DNA from: Octopus bimaculoides
Taxonomy: Eukaryota
Direction of reading: 5' to 3'
Length of the DNA: 52,925 nucleotides
Assembly (NCBI RefSeq): GCF_001194135.2
Contig: NC_068988.1
Location: 65,177,867-65,230,791 of the forward strand
Shown: in pieces, positions 11,013 to 24,535 of the stretch
How positions within the stretch are numbered: position 1 is the first letter of the stretch
How the letters are laid out: every line of letters starts with the position of its first letter
The notes under the pieces: generated by a model
What the model saw: only the letters and a program-made list of their open reading frames with translations
Databases searched by the model: none
Told to the model about the DNA's origin: nothing
Position numbers and translations under genes: made by a program

Positions 11013-11409
11013 AACATATTTCAAATATATATGTGTACACATACATATGTAGTTCCTGATGCTGTTTTGCTGTTCTGACATCAGTCTTCAATAAAATCTA
11101 TCCCTTGTAACTTCATGACTTTTGATTCATTCAATGGTCAGAGACAAGCTGACTTCCCCTCTTGTGAGATGAAACAAGACAGGTGCCACTTCTGGTTCTG
11201 GTAGGTATTTGCTTTGCTATCAATAATACATTTCATGTTATAAATGTTGATGAAAAGCTGGGAAATCTATAACATTGTTATTGCCAACTGTCAGACTATA
11301 CAATGTAAGTTGGTTAATAAAAAGAAAATGTAAAAAAGTTTGAAGGCTTGCCAGAGTGGTGTAGCTAGTTAGTGTTTTATTGTTCACTGCAAAATGGCAT
11401 TCACATACA

Positions 11410-11500
11410 CAACAACAACAACAACAACAACAGCAGCAGTAGCTGCAGTAGTAGCAGTAGTAATAATAATATCAACATCAATAACAACAATTATAATAAT
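11410..11500. repeat. Compound trinucleotide microsatellite (AAC)n-(AGC)n-(AGT)n-(AAT)n
   Basis: Read directly from the sequence. Confidence 0.85.
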
Positions 11501-13012
11501 AAACTTTATTATAGTAACCTCTAGCATCATCATCATTTAAAGTCCACTTTTCTATAGTTGCACTGGTTGGATAGAATTTATTAAAACAGATTTGCTACAG
11601 CTGGATGCCTTCATGTCACCAACCCTCACTTATTTCCAGGTAAGGTAAGATGTTCCCATAGCCAAACATGCTTTTGAAGTATACAGTAACCATAAGAGCG
11701 TCACAGCAAACCACAGCACATACCCAAGGCACACAGAGCTGCGCTCGGTAGTGAAGTGAAAGCACGTTATAAAAATAAAACTACTGAACAATAATAATAA
11801 TAATAATAATAATAATAGTTTCTGATTCAGGACAAGGCCAGCATTTTTGAGGAGAAGTGGAATTAGTTGTTAATATGAGCCCCACTACTTGACTAGCACA
11901 GTCTAAATGTACCCAGTTTCCAAAGATTTTGTGAAGAATTTTGCTGAATAGAGCATGAAAATTTTCTGCAAGTTAGTTATCAAGATCTCAATTTCATTGC
12001 TTCTGTGTCTTGAACAACAATTTCATTGTTCCTCAATGACTTCTATACTAAATTACACTCATGTATTCAAATTTTCTCAGTTCTGAAATTCAAATACTGA
12101 AAATGACTGTTTCTTTCATTTCAGTTTCACTAACATTGGGTGTAGCAAAATATGCGATCATTTATATTTTGCTTCTCCTTCATTACACCCACCCCAACCT
12201 ACTGCAATTGTAAATGATCTCCTCTGTATTTCTATTTACAAGCACCCATAGTCACTTACAATGGTCTTTTTAATAACAGTTTTATAGAGACCTTTTATTA
12301 TTCATTTTTTTAATCTTTTATTTGTTTCACTCATTCAACTGCAGTCATGCTGGGGCACCACCATAAAGGGTTTAGTCAAAAAAAATCTATCCCATTTATT
12401 ATTGTTTCAAGCTTGGTACTTATTATATCAGTGTCTATTGCCAAACTGCTAAGTTATAGAGATGCAAACATGCCAACATCAGTTGTCAAGTGATGATAGA
12501 GAGCAACCATAACACAAAGACACACACACATGCATGCTTTTCCTGGACAATTTTTCCTTCCCTGGACGTTTTCGTTCTCTTCTTTCATGATGAAGAGCTA
12601 TGCTCAAAACATAAAAAGCTCACTCTTTTTCTCAACTTTACTGAGCATCAAGCTAATACATTCTATTTGTGCACTCTTTTGTTGTTTTGTTATTTGTTAT
12701 TTTTAATGTTGAATTTTTAATGTTCAGTTTTTAATGTTTGATGTTACTATATATAGTGGTTAGGCTGTTGCACGTCATGATTGCTGGATTGTGGGTTCAA
12801 TTCCTTGATTGGGTGGTGCATTGTGTTCTTGAGCAAAACATTTCATTTTGTGTTGCCTCAGTCCCCCTTCTAATCAGTGGGGAATGTTAGCCTGCTCACC
12901 TAGCCATCAGGGTGGCATCATTTGAAGGCTAACACAATACAAAAAGTGCATTGTGACCAGCAATGTGTAACAACATCTGATAGCCTGGATGGTGATGTGA
13001 TCACATAATGTG

Positions 13013-13044
<32 letters not shown>

Positions 13045-14682
13045 ATATATATTTTTATTTATGTATATATTAATATTATCTTGGTTGAAAAACTTCGATA
13101 ATGCAAATATGTTAATAGATACCAGAGTAGCAAAAATCACACAGAAACTGGGATATTTTGTGTAGGAATTAAAGGAACTTATTTATTATATGCATTTTGC
13201 TCCATTTATTATTATTNNNNNNNNNNNNNNNNNNNNNNNNNNNNNNNNNNNNNNNNNNNNNNNNNNNNNNNNNNNNNNNNNNNNNNNNNNNNNNNNNNNN
13301 NNNATATATATATATATACACAACACATTTACAAGACACTTCTTTCAGTTTCCATCTACCAAATCTACTCACAAGGCTTTGGTTGGCCCAGGACTATAGT
13401 AAGAGATATTTACTGAAAGTGCCACAAAGCAAGAATGAACTCAATATCACATAGCTGAGAAGTGAGCAAAACAGACAGTGGAGCCTGGTGCAATCTTCTG
13501 CCTAGCCAGCTTCTGTCAAATCATTCCACCTATGCAAGCATGGAAAACGGACATTAAATGATGATAATGATGATAGCTATGCCTTGTTACACTTTTCCTT
13601 TTTTGTTACTATAGTCACAAGCATGGCTGTGTGGTAAGAAGTTTGCTTCCCAACCACATAGTTTTGGGTTCAGTCTCACTGTCTGGCACCTCAGATTCAG
13701 AGGATTTTTTTCAGTTTCCATCTACCAAATCCATTCACAAGACTTTAGTTGGCTTGGGGCTATAGTAGAAAGTATTTGTCCAGAGTGCCATGCAATGGGA
13801 TTGAACCCAGAAACATGTGGTTAGGAAGCAAACTTCTTACCACACTGACAGTTACTTATATTATGTCAACTTACTTGTTGACTCATTGACTAGTTAATTG
13901 TTACTCTGATCAACTTTATCAGATATTACACATTCAGCACTCCCTAGACTCTGTCAATTTTAATCTAGGAATCTCCAATAGCCTCTAAGGTAACTTCACA
14001 TTCTTTATAAAGCCAAGTTGTCACATAGGTTGTTATTTACTCCTTAGAGTCAACCTCATACCCATAGAGCTGATATACAGCTATCACAAAATACTAATAA
14101 TAGTGGAAAAACTACTCCCATATCTAGGGCAGTATAGCAATCACATAGACCGATTAACACATCTATTGACATTGTACTGTTCTTTCCTTGGTATTGAGAA
14201 AGGAGTGTAAAATAATTATGAATGCACTAAAATGACAGGATTTTGATGAGTAGCTGCATAGTTTAAGGATAAATTCATTGATAAAGCTTACCAAACATGA
14301 TTGAGCTTTTTGCTTTCCAGCTGTTTTTTTTTTTTTTTTAACCTGTGTTCATTATTTACACATAAAATTTCAATAATAGTAGTTTTACAACTCAAAGTTT
14401 TATCCATCTCTGATGTGAAAAAAATTTTTTTTTTCAACTATAGGCTGTGTTTAAAAAGCTTAATTTGCAACCATGTGGTTTCATGTTCAATCCCTCTGCA
14501 ATGCATCTGGTTGGCCTGAGGCTATAGTAGAAGGCACCTGCCCAGGATGCCACAAAGTGGAACTGAGTCCAGTACCGTGTGGCTGGGAAGCAAACTTCTT
14601 ACGACATAGCCATGCCAAGTTGACTGATAGTGGAGGGCTTAAAATTTTCCTGCATTAAATTGCATGTTGTTTTCTTCAGCAT

Positions 14683-14870
14683 CTAGGTCCCAACCTGAGT
14701 CTGTGGACCCCTGGTAATCTGTAAAGGTAGTAATGAAGGTCCATGAACTAAATTCAAAATTTCATATATATAGCCTGGTGTAGCCATCTGGTTCACCAGT
14801 CCTCAGTCAAATCGTCCAACCCATGCTAGCATGGTAAGCGGACGTTAAACGATGACGACGACGATGATGA

Positions 14871-14905
<35 letters not shown>

Positions 14906-14969
14906 AGGATAAGCATATTAAAAGGGGTCCATGGAAAAACTCATTTGAATAAAAGTTTGGGAACCACTG
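14683..14969. mobile_element. hAT-like MITE remnant with a nested RTE 3' tail (about 14770-14875)
   Basis: Right TIR GTTTGGGAACCACTG, degenerate left TIR (GGTCCCAACCT) and GGACCCC/GGGGTCC subterminal motifs. The insert is nearly identical to the terminal RTE block at about 230-310. Confidence 0.5.
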
Positions 14970-14989
14970 TGAAAAGTTTTGGAACCACG

Positions 14990-15990
14990 GATATAGGTCT
15001 TTCTGTAGAAGATTAGCATTGGAAGGTTCCTTGACTGCTTTCACTACTTTTGTGTCACTGGCATAGCTAGTAAGTGTAGCTGTCTGTAATTGATGGCATG
15101 TCTGAAAGAGCCATCGTAAACAGCAGCAGTCCCAAGACAGTTCCCTGAGGCACTCCACTCACTATCACTGTCTGCTTGATGAAGGCCCCATTGGCTTCCA
15201 CAGCCTGACATCTTTTAAGACTCTGCTGAGTTTTTGTAGCTTGTGACGTGTCATCCCATGATCAACCTATCAAAGGCCTTTGCAAAATCGTGATATATCA
15301 CATCCATATTTGAGCAATTCATTGGTTGTTTCAACACCCAGCCATATTGCTGCAGAAGCTGTGTGAGGCAGCTTCTTCCTGAATGGAAGCTATGTAGGGT
15401 GTTAGTGGGAGTGTCATTATCTTCTAGGGAACATGATCGGCTTCCTTCTGACAATGCATTCCATGGCTCTGCTGACATATGAGGCTTGAGAAACCCGCCA
15501 TTTGTTTTTAGCATCTGCTCTGCTATCTCTTCTATGGATAGAACATATTATGCCTTCCTTTAAATTTCTGGGAAGCCTCCCATTTGCAAGGAAGATCTGG
15601 AAGAGGATCTATAGTGGTCTTGCTAGAGAAACATTGCATTTCTTTTGAGGGATTCTGAGAATCCATCAGGATCTGTGGCTGAGTTTAACCTCATTTTATC
15701 AATGGCTGATATTACATCAGTTTCCTTTATTTCAATGTAATCAATAACTGCTTACTTTTTGTATGAAGCTGTAGTGCCATAGAACTCCTCAGGCATAGCT
15801 ATTTGCAAGTGCTCCAAAGAAGTTATGAAAGCACTTTTGTATTGCACATTCAGTATTTCATTTATCTTCTGGGATCTACAGTTGGTCAGCCATTTTTTCA
15901 AACAATGACCCTATCTTTTACTGTACTGAAGCAGATTCTTCCCAAAATGCTTTAGGGTTTCTCTTTACATTCTTTACAGCCTTGGATTCT
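14990..15990 (-). mobile_element. CR1/L2-group LINE reverse transcriptase remnant
   Basis: HSFHSGRSCLTQLL...DVIYHDFAKAFD (compare QHGFRxGRSCLTQLL, DVIYLDFAKAFD) and LTSYASDTKV...LLQKDL (compare YADDTK). Confidence 0.8.
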
Positions 15991-16129
15991 TTTTCTGTCC
16001 CTTCCTTTTCACTTCAATTTTCAAAGACTCTGCATTTTTGAAACGTTATGTTGAGGCATTATTTTTATCATGGATTTCTTTTAACCTGAAGCGCTACCTT
16101 AATATCTGCATTAATGAAAAAATTGTATA

Positions 16130-16765
16130 CAGTAATCCCTCGCCATATTGTGGCTCACCTATCATGTACTCCGTACATTGTGGTTCATCTATTGCACACT
16201 CAGTACATCACGGATTTTTCTGGCTAGTATATGGAAATTTATATTGTAGACTTACTCTTACTCTTTTACACTTTTACTTGTTTCAGTCTTTTGACTGCGG
16301 CCATGCTGGAGCACCGCCTTTAGTTGAGCAAATAGACCTCAGGACTTATTCTTTGTAAGCCTAGTACTTATTCTATCGGTCTGTTTTGCTGAACTTCTAA
16401 GTTACGGGGACGTAAACACACCAGCATCGGTTGTCAAACGATGTTGTGGGGACAAACACAGATACACAAACATATATATATACATATATACGACAAGCTT
16501 CTTTCAGTTTCCGTCTCCCAAATCCACTCACAAGGCTTTGGTCGGCCCGACGCTGTAGTAGAAGACACTTGCCCAAGGTGCCACACAGTGGGACTGAACC
16601 CTGAACCATGTGGTTGGTAAGCGAGCTACTTACCACACAGCCACTCTTGCGCCTATCAGTAAATTGTGGGTTTCTGTGGCCGATAGGTATTAATATTTTT
16701 TAGATTTTAAATATTTCTGTGGAAGGTTTTCGAACGTAACACCTATGATTGTTGAGGGGTTACTG
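16130..16765. mobile_element. Tc1/mariner (Tigger-like) MITE with TA TSD, interrupted by a SINE A
   Basis: TA|CAGTAATCCCTCG ... TGAGGGGTTACTG|TA. Confidence 0.75.
16245..16655 (-). mobile_element. SINE type A, full length
   Basis: Reverse complement of the 5189-5615 structure. Confidence 0.85.
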
Positions 16766-17809
16766 TATATATTAATGCAGACATGTAAGTAATTTATTAC
16801 TTATAAAATATGATAAAATAAATTATTTATACATGTTTATTAAGCTGTGAAACAACTGTTGTTTATTATGAATATGCAATGGTAAAATAAATTTTGTAAT
16901 AGTATATTTGTTTCTTCAATTATAACTTATGCACTCTTTATGTTTGTTTTTGCATTATACTATATATTCTATATGCTTCATAGAATGATACATTAAGGAG
17001 TTTTTTTTACAAGTACCACCAGATTAGTTGAATTCATATATCATACTTGAATACATACACACATACACACACATGTACATATGTATGTATGTATATACAT
17101 AAAACTGAGCAGAAACAATGTGGGTTAAGAGCATCTTTTTGTCTTGCTGTGAACATGACAACCTTTCTAGTGCTGGTGCTACAAAAATTACACCCAGTGA
17201 ACTCTTTAAAGTGGGGTTGATATAAGGAAGTGTAGCAAGACATAGAAAGAAAGTCAAAACTGAAATGTATGAAGAAAAGGATATTGTCTTACAATCCATG
17301 TAGAAGAGCTGTGACTCTAAAGAAAAAAAAAAACTAACTCAGACTGTGACAACCAAACTAACTTCGGCCAATAAGGAAAGAAGACATAATATGATGATGA
17401 TGATGATGATGATGATATACACGCACACATGTATATATGCATCATCATCATTTTACTCCTTCTTCATGTGTGCGTGCTTGTCTGTGTGTACCTATACATA
17501 TTTTATCATTGGTTTTGTACATCTACATTTGCATGCTGGCGTTGGTTGGACAATACATTTTTCAAGGTATTCTTTTACCGCCAAATACCCTTCCTAATAC
17601 CAACCCTTGTTATGGCATGCAAGAAGACAATGTAACTATTCTAAAAACTGGCATATACATAGTAATATTTGTAGTTATTTTATGTCTTTGGGAAATATTA
17701 CAGTAATTACGGTTTATAAATAGATTTGTGTTTAGTTCCATCATTATTTTGAGAGAATGATTTTCAATTTACATCACAGTCGTAAGGCTTCTCTCTGTAT
17801 TAATGTCTG

Positions 17810-17856
17810 TTATATGTGCATGTGCATGCATACACACACACACACACACACATACA

Positions 17857-17917
<61 letters not shown>

Positions 17918-17930
17918 ATGTATGTATATA
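17810..17930. repeat. (CA)n-(TA)n microsatellite
   Basis: Read directly from the sequence. Confidence 0.9.
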
Positions 17931-18364
17931 TAGTTTACTGTTCCATATATATATTTATTTATATATATTCCAATGTCAGTAATTCTACAGCAGTTGCTAG
18001 ATATTATAATTGTTTGCATACCATAATGTTGTTCAAACATAGAATCCTTAGAGATGATCCAGTATTTCAGTTTTTATCATCTTTTTTTCAATCAAAATGT
18101 AGCATTTTAAATGTCAAGAATTATTAACAGTAGGCAACTCAGATCAAGGCTCTTCCTGCACTGCCAGCCATCACTCCCTCTCCTCTGAGTCACTTCCTGT
18201 CAATACCCATTACTCACACTTACCACTGATCACTTTCATTTCTATTACTATTCATAACTCTTTCTCCTACACACTTGCAACTTTTACCCACTCTAACTGC
18301 GTCTCTGCCAGCACACATTTTACTACTCAGCTTCTCAGTTAGTCCTTTTTGTATGTTTGAACAT

Positions 18365-18748
18365 GTTGTTGGCACTCCATCGCTTACGACGACGAGGGTT
18401 CCAGTTGATCCAACCAACGGAACAGCCTGCTCGTGAAATTAATATGCAAGTGGCTGAGCACTCCACAGACATGTGTAACTTTAACGTAGTTCTTGGGGAT
18501 ATTCAGTGTGACACAGTGTGACAAGGCTCACCCTTTGAATTACAGGCACAACAGAAACAGGAAGTAAGAGTGAGAGAAAGTTGTGGTGAAAGAGTACAGC
18601 AGGGTTCGCCACCATCCCCTGCCAGAGCCTCGTGGAGCTTTAGGTGTTTTCGCTCAATAAATACTCACAACACCTGGTCTGGGAATCGAAACCGCGATCC
18701 TACGACCGCAAGTCCGCTGCCCTAACCATTGGGCCATTGCGCCTCCAC
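18365..18748 (-). mobile_element. SINE type C, full length with 12-bp TSD
   Basis: tRNA-like head on the minus strand (GTGGAGGCGCAATGGCCCAATGGTTAGGGCAGCG...GGTTTCGATTCC). ATGTTTGAACAT is duplicated at 18353-18364 and 18749-18760. Confidence 0.9.
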
Positions 18749-19299
18749 ATGTTTGAACATATCATAGTATAAAAAGGATTCTTTAGTCTTATGTGTTACA
18801 AGGCAATCTCAGTGATGCTTGTGCCATGTTAAAATGCACCCTGTATACTCTGTAAAGTGGTTGGCATTTGTGTAGCAACAATATAGTGCTGAGAAGACTC
18901 TTTAGATCCACCAAAGTCATGGCAACCTTACTAATGCTGATGTCACAATAAAATGCATCCAGTAGACACAATAAAGAGGTTGGCAAACAAGAAGAGATGA
19001 TATAGGATTGAGAGGATGTTTTAGTTTTGTCAAGAACATGTAAACCTCTCTAATGTTGGTGCTAAGATAAAGTGCATCCAGTAGAGTATGTAAAGTAATT
19101 GGTGACTGAAAGACATCCAATCACTGAAAACAAGCTGAAAATAAGAGCACAAGGTTGTGTTCGTGATGTTAAGGGTATTATGAAAGGCCTGGTTAGAGGC
19201 CCAACCTTCTGAGTTTTTTTTACAAGGCTTAGAAAAACTGAAGGACCACCATAATGTATGAATCTGAGAGGAGAATATGTTACATAAAATCATAATTAA

Positions 19300-19560
19300 C
19301 TGATCCTCCTTTATTTTCTTTCACACAAAGCCAGGAACTTTTCAGCACCCCATCATAGCACTTAGCAGCAAACCCATTCATTGCAATGGGAAAGGGGTTT
19401 GAAAGAATAACTATCCACACCTTGTTGAGTAACATTACTCCAGAGATCCTTTGGAGGAATCCTATTTCAATCACTTGTACTCGTGATTGTACTATTTCGG
19501 ACATTACCCAGCATTCATGGTCATTGGTGGGGATAGACATGGAAACCAAACTGAAGATTG
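19300..19560 (-). mobile_element. Older RTE-clade LINE ORF remnant
   Basis: SIPTNDHECWVMSEIVQSRVQVIEIGFLQRISGVMLLNKV resembles RTE PTLxYGxExW...SRIQAxEMxFLRRIxGxTxxDxV. Confidence 0.6.
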
Positions 19561-19964
19561 GAAGTTTGGATTTCTATCAACCTCTCCTCTTTTTAATTTT
19601 AAATTTCACTTGCTGTAATATTATAGGCACACCTATGACTTATATTTGCTTGGTCATCACCATGAAATAGATGAGTGCTTAGAAATGAAGGATTTATAAA
19701 CCTTACTACAATCTTTTCTATTTGATTGTCTTCATCATCAATGGCGTTTTTATTTATTTATTTATTCAGTTATTATTTTGTTACCATACCAATACGAATT
19801 GGAAAGATATCTTTAATTCAGAATGAAAAGAATAACAAAATAAAAAGGTTAGCAAAATGGAAACTGTTGCTTAGTAACATAATGAAAAAAAAAATGAAAA
19901 CAAAAAGAAAAGGAAATTTAGGTAGAAGCGTGGTTAGTGATTAGGTCAACATGACAGTTAATTC

Positions 19965-19999
<35 letters not shown>

Positions 20000-20250
20000 A
20001 TGTGTGTGCATGTGTGTGTGTGTATGTGTGTGTCTGTATGTGTGTATGTGCAAGCACACGCGTGCATGTGTTAGTGTATATATGTATTTATGTATGTGTA
20101 TATGTATATCTATCTATCTATCTATCTATCTCTCTCTTTATATATATGTACACATGCATATGCACCTCCCACACACATACATACATGTGTGTGTGTGTCT
20201 GTGTGTGCACATGTGTGTGCATGTGCATATGTGTGTATGTATGTGTAAAT
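19965..20250. repeat. Compound (TG)n/(TA)n/(CTAT)n microsatellite
   Basis: Read directly from the sequence. Confidence 0.85.
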
Positions 20251-20993
20251 GGGATCAGAAGGTAAAAAGAAAACAGAAAATGATACAGTCATACAGGCAA
20301 AGCTTCTGTTTATGCATTAAACAACAGGGAAATATTATAAAGCGAACCAGTAACAATCTGGTTGATGAAAATCAATTGCAGCATGATGTTCAGCCAATAT
20401 CCAGCCTGTTTCTTCCAAACACCAATGTTTTTACTTGCCTTGTGATACCTTCAAGATTCATACATTAACAAACTATTGATCTTAATAAGTAGAATGAATC
20501 AAGCTAAATCATAATAGCACACCCACACACACACACACACGCACACATGTAGTCATTTAATATTGAACACACCAAACAATACAACAATCACCAGCAAGTT
20601 CTTCTATCTAACGCATCACAACCACTATTATCAAACAAAACAAAAAGAGTAGAGAGGGTAGAGGATTAGTGATCAAGGGACAGTGGGCAGGGGATACTTG
20701 GCAGGGGTAGTGGGCAGTGGTTGATGAAGTGCTGGATGGGTGTGGGGAAGAGGAATAAAACAAAACAAATATTAGGAAAGAAAAGTTATTTTAAGTTACT
20801 CTCTTACCCTTACCTACTCCACCAACTCCATCAATGTTTGGTTTACCAAAAATTGAAAGATTGTAGGAGAAACAAACACTTAATTCATATTTATCTGCAA
20901 AAAATGTAAATAAAAAAAATTTAAAACAGTCCCAAAATCCACAAAAATGATGTGAATTAAGGTTTTTTGTGTGTGTGTGTGTATATATAAAAA

Positions 20994-21167
20994 GGTGTAG
21001 GAGTGGCTGTGTGGTAAGTAGCTTGCTTACCAACCACATGGTATCAAGTACAGTCCCACTGTGTGGCACCTTAGACAAGTGTCTTCTACTATAGCCTCAG
21101 GCTGATCAAAGCCTTGTGAGTGGATATAGCAGACGGGAAACCGAAAGAAGCCCATTATATATATACG

Positions 21168-21213
<46 letters not shown>

Positions 21214-21429
21214 CATGCATGTATATGTTTGTGTGTCTGTGTTTGTCCCTGCACTATTGCTTGACAACCAATGTTGGTGTGGTTATGTCCCTTGTAATTT
21301 AGCAGTTTGGCAAAAGAGACCGATAAAATAAGTACTAGACTTACAAAGAATAAGTCCTGGGGCCAATTTCTTTGACTAAAGATAGTGTTCCAGCATGGCC
21401 ACAGTCAAATGACTGAAACAAATAAAAGA

Positions 21430-21430
<1 letters not shown>
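20994..21430 (+). mobile_element. SINE type A, full length
   Basis: Same head, CORE-like segment, internal microsatellite and tail as 5189-5615. Confidence 0.85.
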
Positions 21431-21477
<47 letters not shown>

Positions 21478-21614
21478 TTGTGTGCCAAAACACACTCAGA
21501 AGCATGGTACAGGCTCTCACCTGGCCAGCGCCCAACTCATGCCAGCATGTAGTTCTTGAGTTTTAGGGAATCACACAGACAGACATACGTTCTCATTTTT
21601 ATATATATAGATCG

Positions 21615-22105
21615 AAAGCGAAATTGAAGCATACTCGATGACTGGCACCTGCGCCAGTGGAGCACTAACAGCACTGTCCGAGCGTGTTCATTGCCAGATC
21701 AGCTGTCTGGCTTCCGTGCTAGTGGCCCGTAAATAGCACTATTTGAGCATAATCCTTACCAGCGTTGCCATCTAGCACTTGTGCTGGTGGCATGTTATAA
21801 AATCATTTGAGCGAGGTCATTGCCAGTGCCGCTGGACTGGCTCCCTTGCAGGTGGCACGTAAAAAACACCTTTTTGAGCGTGGCCGTTGCCAGTACCGTG
21901 TGACTGGCCTTCGTGCTGGTGGCACGTAAAAGCACCCACTACACTCTCGGAGTGGTTGGCGTTAGGAAGGGCATCCAGGTGTAGAAACTCTGTCATATCA
22001 GATTGGAGCCGGGTGTAGCTTTCTGGCTTGCCAGTCCTCAGTCAATTCATGCAACCCATGCTAGCATGGAAAGCAGACGTTAAACGATCATGATGATGAT
22101 GATGA
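21615..22105 (+). mobile_element. RTE-clade LINE 3' UTR (subrepeat array plus (GAT)n tail)
   Basis: Collinear with 765-1350. Confidence 0.8.
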
Positions 22106-23040
22106 TATATATACATGCATATATATATATATATATATATGCATATATATATATATATACATATATATNNNNNNNNNNNNNNNNNNNNNNNNNNNNNNNN
22201 NNNNNNNNNNNNNNNNNNNNNNNNNNNNNNNNNNNNNNNNNNNNNNNNNNNNNNNNNNNNNNNNNNNNNNNNNNNNNNNNNNNNNNNNNNNNNNNNNNNN
22301 NNNNNNNNNNNNNNNNNNNNNNNNNNNNNNNNNNNNNNNNNNNNNNNNNNNNNNNNNNNNNNNNNNNNNNNNNNNNNNNNNNNNNNNNNNNNNNNNNNNN
22401 NNNNNNNNNNNNNNNNNNNNNNNNNNNNNNNNNNNNNNNNNNNNNNNNNNNNNNNNNNNNNNNNNNNNNNNNNNNNNNNNNNNNNNNNNNNNNNNNNNNN
22501 NNNNNNNNNNNNNNNNNNNNNNNNNNNNNNNNNNNNNNNNNNNNNNNNNNNNNNNNNNNNNNNNNNNNNNNNNNNNNNNNNNNNNNNNNNNNNNNNNNNN
22601 NNNNNNNNNNNNNNNNNNNNNNNNNNNNNNNNNNNNNNNNNNNNNNNNNNNNNNNNNNNNNNNNNNNNNNNNNNNNNNNNNNNNNNNNNNNNNNNNNNNN
22701 NNNNNNNNNNNNNNNNNNNNNNNNNNNNNNNNNNNNNNNNNNNNNNNNNNNNNNNNNNNNNNNNNNNNNNNNNNNNNNNNNNNNNNNNNNNNNNNNNNNN
22801 NNNNNNNNNNNNNNNNNNNNNNNNNNNNNNNNNNNNNNNNNNNNNNNNNNNNNNNNNNNNNNNNNNNNNNNNNNNNNNNNNNNNNNNNNNNNNNNNNNNN
22901 NNNNNNNNNNNNNNNNNNNNNNNNNNNNNNNNNNNNNNNNNNNNNNNNNNNNNNNNNNNNNNNNNNNNNNNNNNNNNNNNNNNNNNNNNNNNNNNNNNNN
23001 NNNNNNNNNNNNNNNNNNNNNNNNNNNNNNNNNNNNNNNN

Positions 23041-23078
<38 letters not shown>

Positions 23079-23081
23079 GCG

Positions 23082-23124
<43 letters not shown>

Positions 23125-23616
23125 GTATTTATCACAGGATTCTTTCAATTTCCATCTATCAAATCAACTAACAAAGCTTTGATCAGTCTTCTGCTATAAG
23201 ATGTTTCTTTTATTACCTCCACCTTCATAAAGGTGGAAGTATTGTTTTCAGTAGCATTTAATTGTTTGCTTGTTTGTTCATGGACATGATATCTCAAGAA
23301 CTACTGGATAGATTCAAATGAAACTTTCAGGGATGTTTGGCCTCATGACTGGCACAAACTGATTAGATTTTGGGATTGACAAGGATCTTGGATTATTTTT
23401 CTGTTTTTTTTTTTACTTAATTTTGAGAGTGGTCAGGTTCACTTTTAGTATTCTCACTTGTGAGAGCAGTCAAGTTTATTTCAGATATTCTCATTTTAAA
23501 AATCATTTCCGGGTAATCATTGAGAGGACATTGGTGTTGCATTGGCAGAGGTTTGCGCTCTCTGAGTGCTCTTATTTCAATATTATTTTACTTAATCCTT
23601 TCTTAAATATACATCT

Positions 23617-23849
23617 TATTTCTTTATTGCCCACAAGGGGCAAAACAGAGGGGACAAACAAGGACAGACAAAGGGATTAAGTCAATTACATCAACCCCAG
23701 TGCATAATTGGTTTTTAATTTATCGACCCCGAAAGAATGAAAGGCAAGGTCGACCTCAGCGGAATTTGAACTCAGAACGTAAAGACAGACGAAATACCGC
23801 TAAGCATTTCGCCCAGTGTGCTAACGTTTCTGCCAGCTCGCTGCCTTAA
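23617..23849 (-). mobile_element. SINE type B, near full length
   Basis: Minus strand reads AAGGCAGCGAGCTGGCAGAAACGTTAGC...GAGTTCAAATTCC...TTGCCTTTCATTCTTTCGGGGTCGATAAATT. Fragments of the same type occur at about 6175-6300, 6540-6700, 31100-31305, 44560-44772 and in the 25-kb cluster. Confidence 0.8.
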
Positions 23850-23875
23850 TATATACATATATACATCTATATATT

Positions 23876-24488
23876 GGTGTGGCTGTGTGCTAAGAAGCTT
23901 GCTTCCCAACTACATGGTTCCATGTTCATGGGACCTTGGGCAAGTGTCTTCTACTATAGCCCCAGGCTGACCAAAGCATTGTGAGTGGATCTGATGGACG
24001 GAAACTGAAAGAAGCCTGTCATTTCTCTCTGTTCCTCCCACATGACCTGTGCTCAGCCAAGAATGATCTTTCTGTTTTGGCTTATGTTCTTGTCTCCTGA
24101 CCTTCGTCTATGTTTGTTACCATAAAGCTTCTACTTCACACGCCAGCTTAACTTACCTTGTCCTTTTAGGCGAAAGACACCTGTTGTTATTCTTGAGTTT
24201 GTATTTGTAACCGTGTAACATTTTCTCCATTATCTTGTTTTATTTGTCTGTGTTGTCACACATATTCATCCACTTTCTTCCCAAAATTGAATGCCTTTAG
24301 CTTAGATTTTTGGGGCCTACCAATTTTGAACAATCTCAAGTGTAACAGGCCGAAACTGTAGTGATAATTGGAAGCTTGACTGATGAATAGAATGCCATGA
24401 ATGTTTTGTCCTCGTTTCCCTGTTTGTTCTTGTATCGTCCACTCTTGTGAGTGGATTTGGTAGATGGAAACTGAAAGAAGCCCATTGT

Positions 24489-24535
<47 letters not shown>

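Noticed and set aside
18640-18748. tRNA-like sequence (also in the heads of SINE A and B)
   Set aside because: A and B boxes are present, but there is no complete cloverleaf, the sequence continues into a SINE body and a TSD flanks it, so these are SINE heads rather than tRNA genes.
17346-20468. YIYI-, CVCV-, THTH- and poly-M ORFs
   Set aside because: Translations of microsatellites.
8297-23199. Long ORFs in the track (256-369 aa) at about 8.3-9.0, 9.9-10.9 and 22.0-23.2 kb
   Set aside because: They are mostly X translated from N gaps plus (TA)n runs and are not evidence of genes.
24340-24410. GGCCGAAAC followed by CTGATGA, suggesting a permuted hammerhead
   Set aside because: The would-be cleavage triplet is GUG, and helices I and II cannot be formed.
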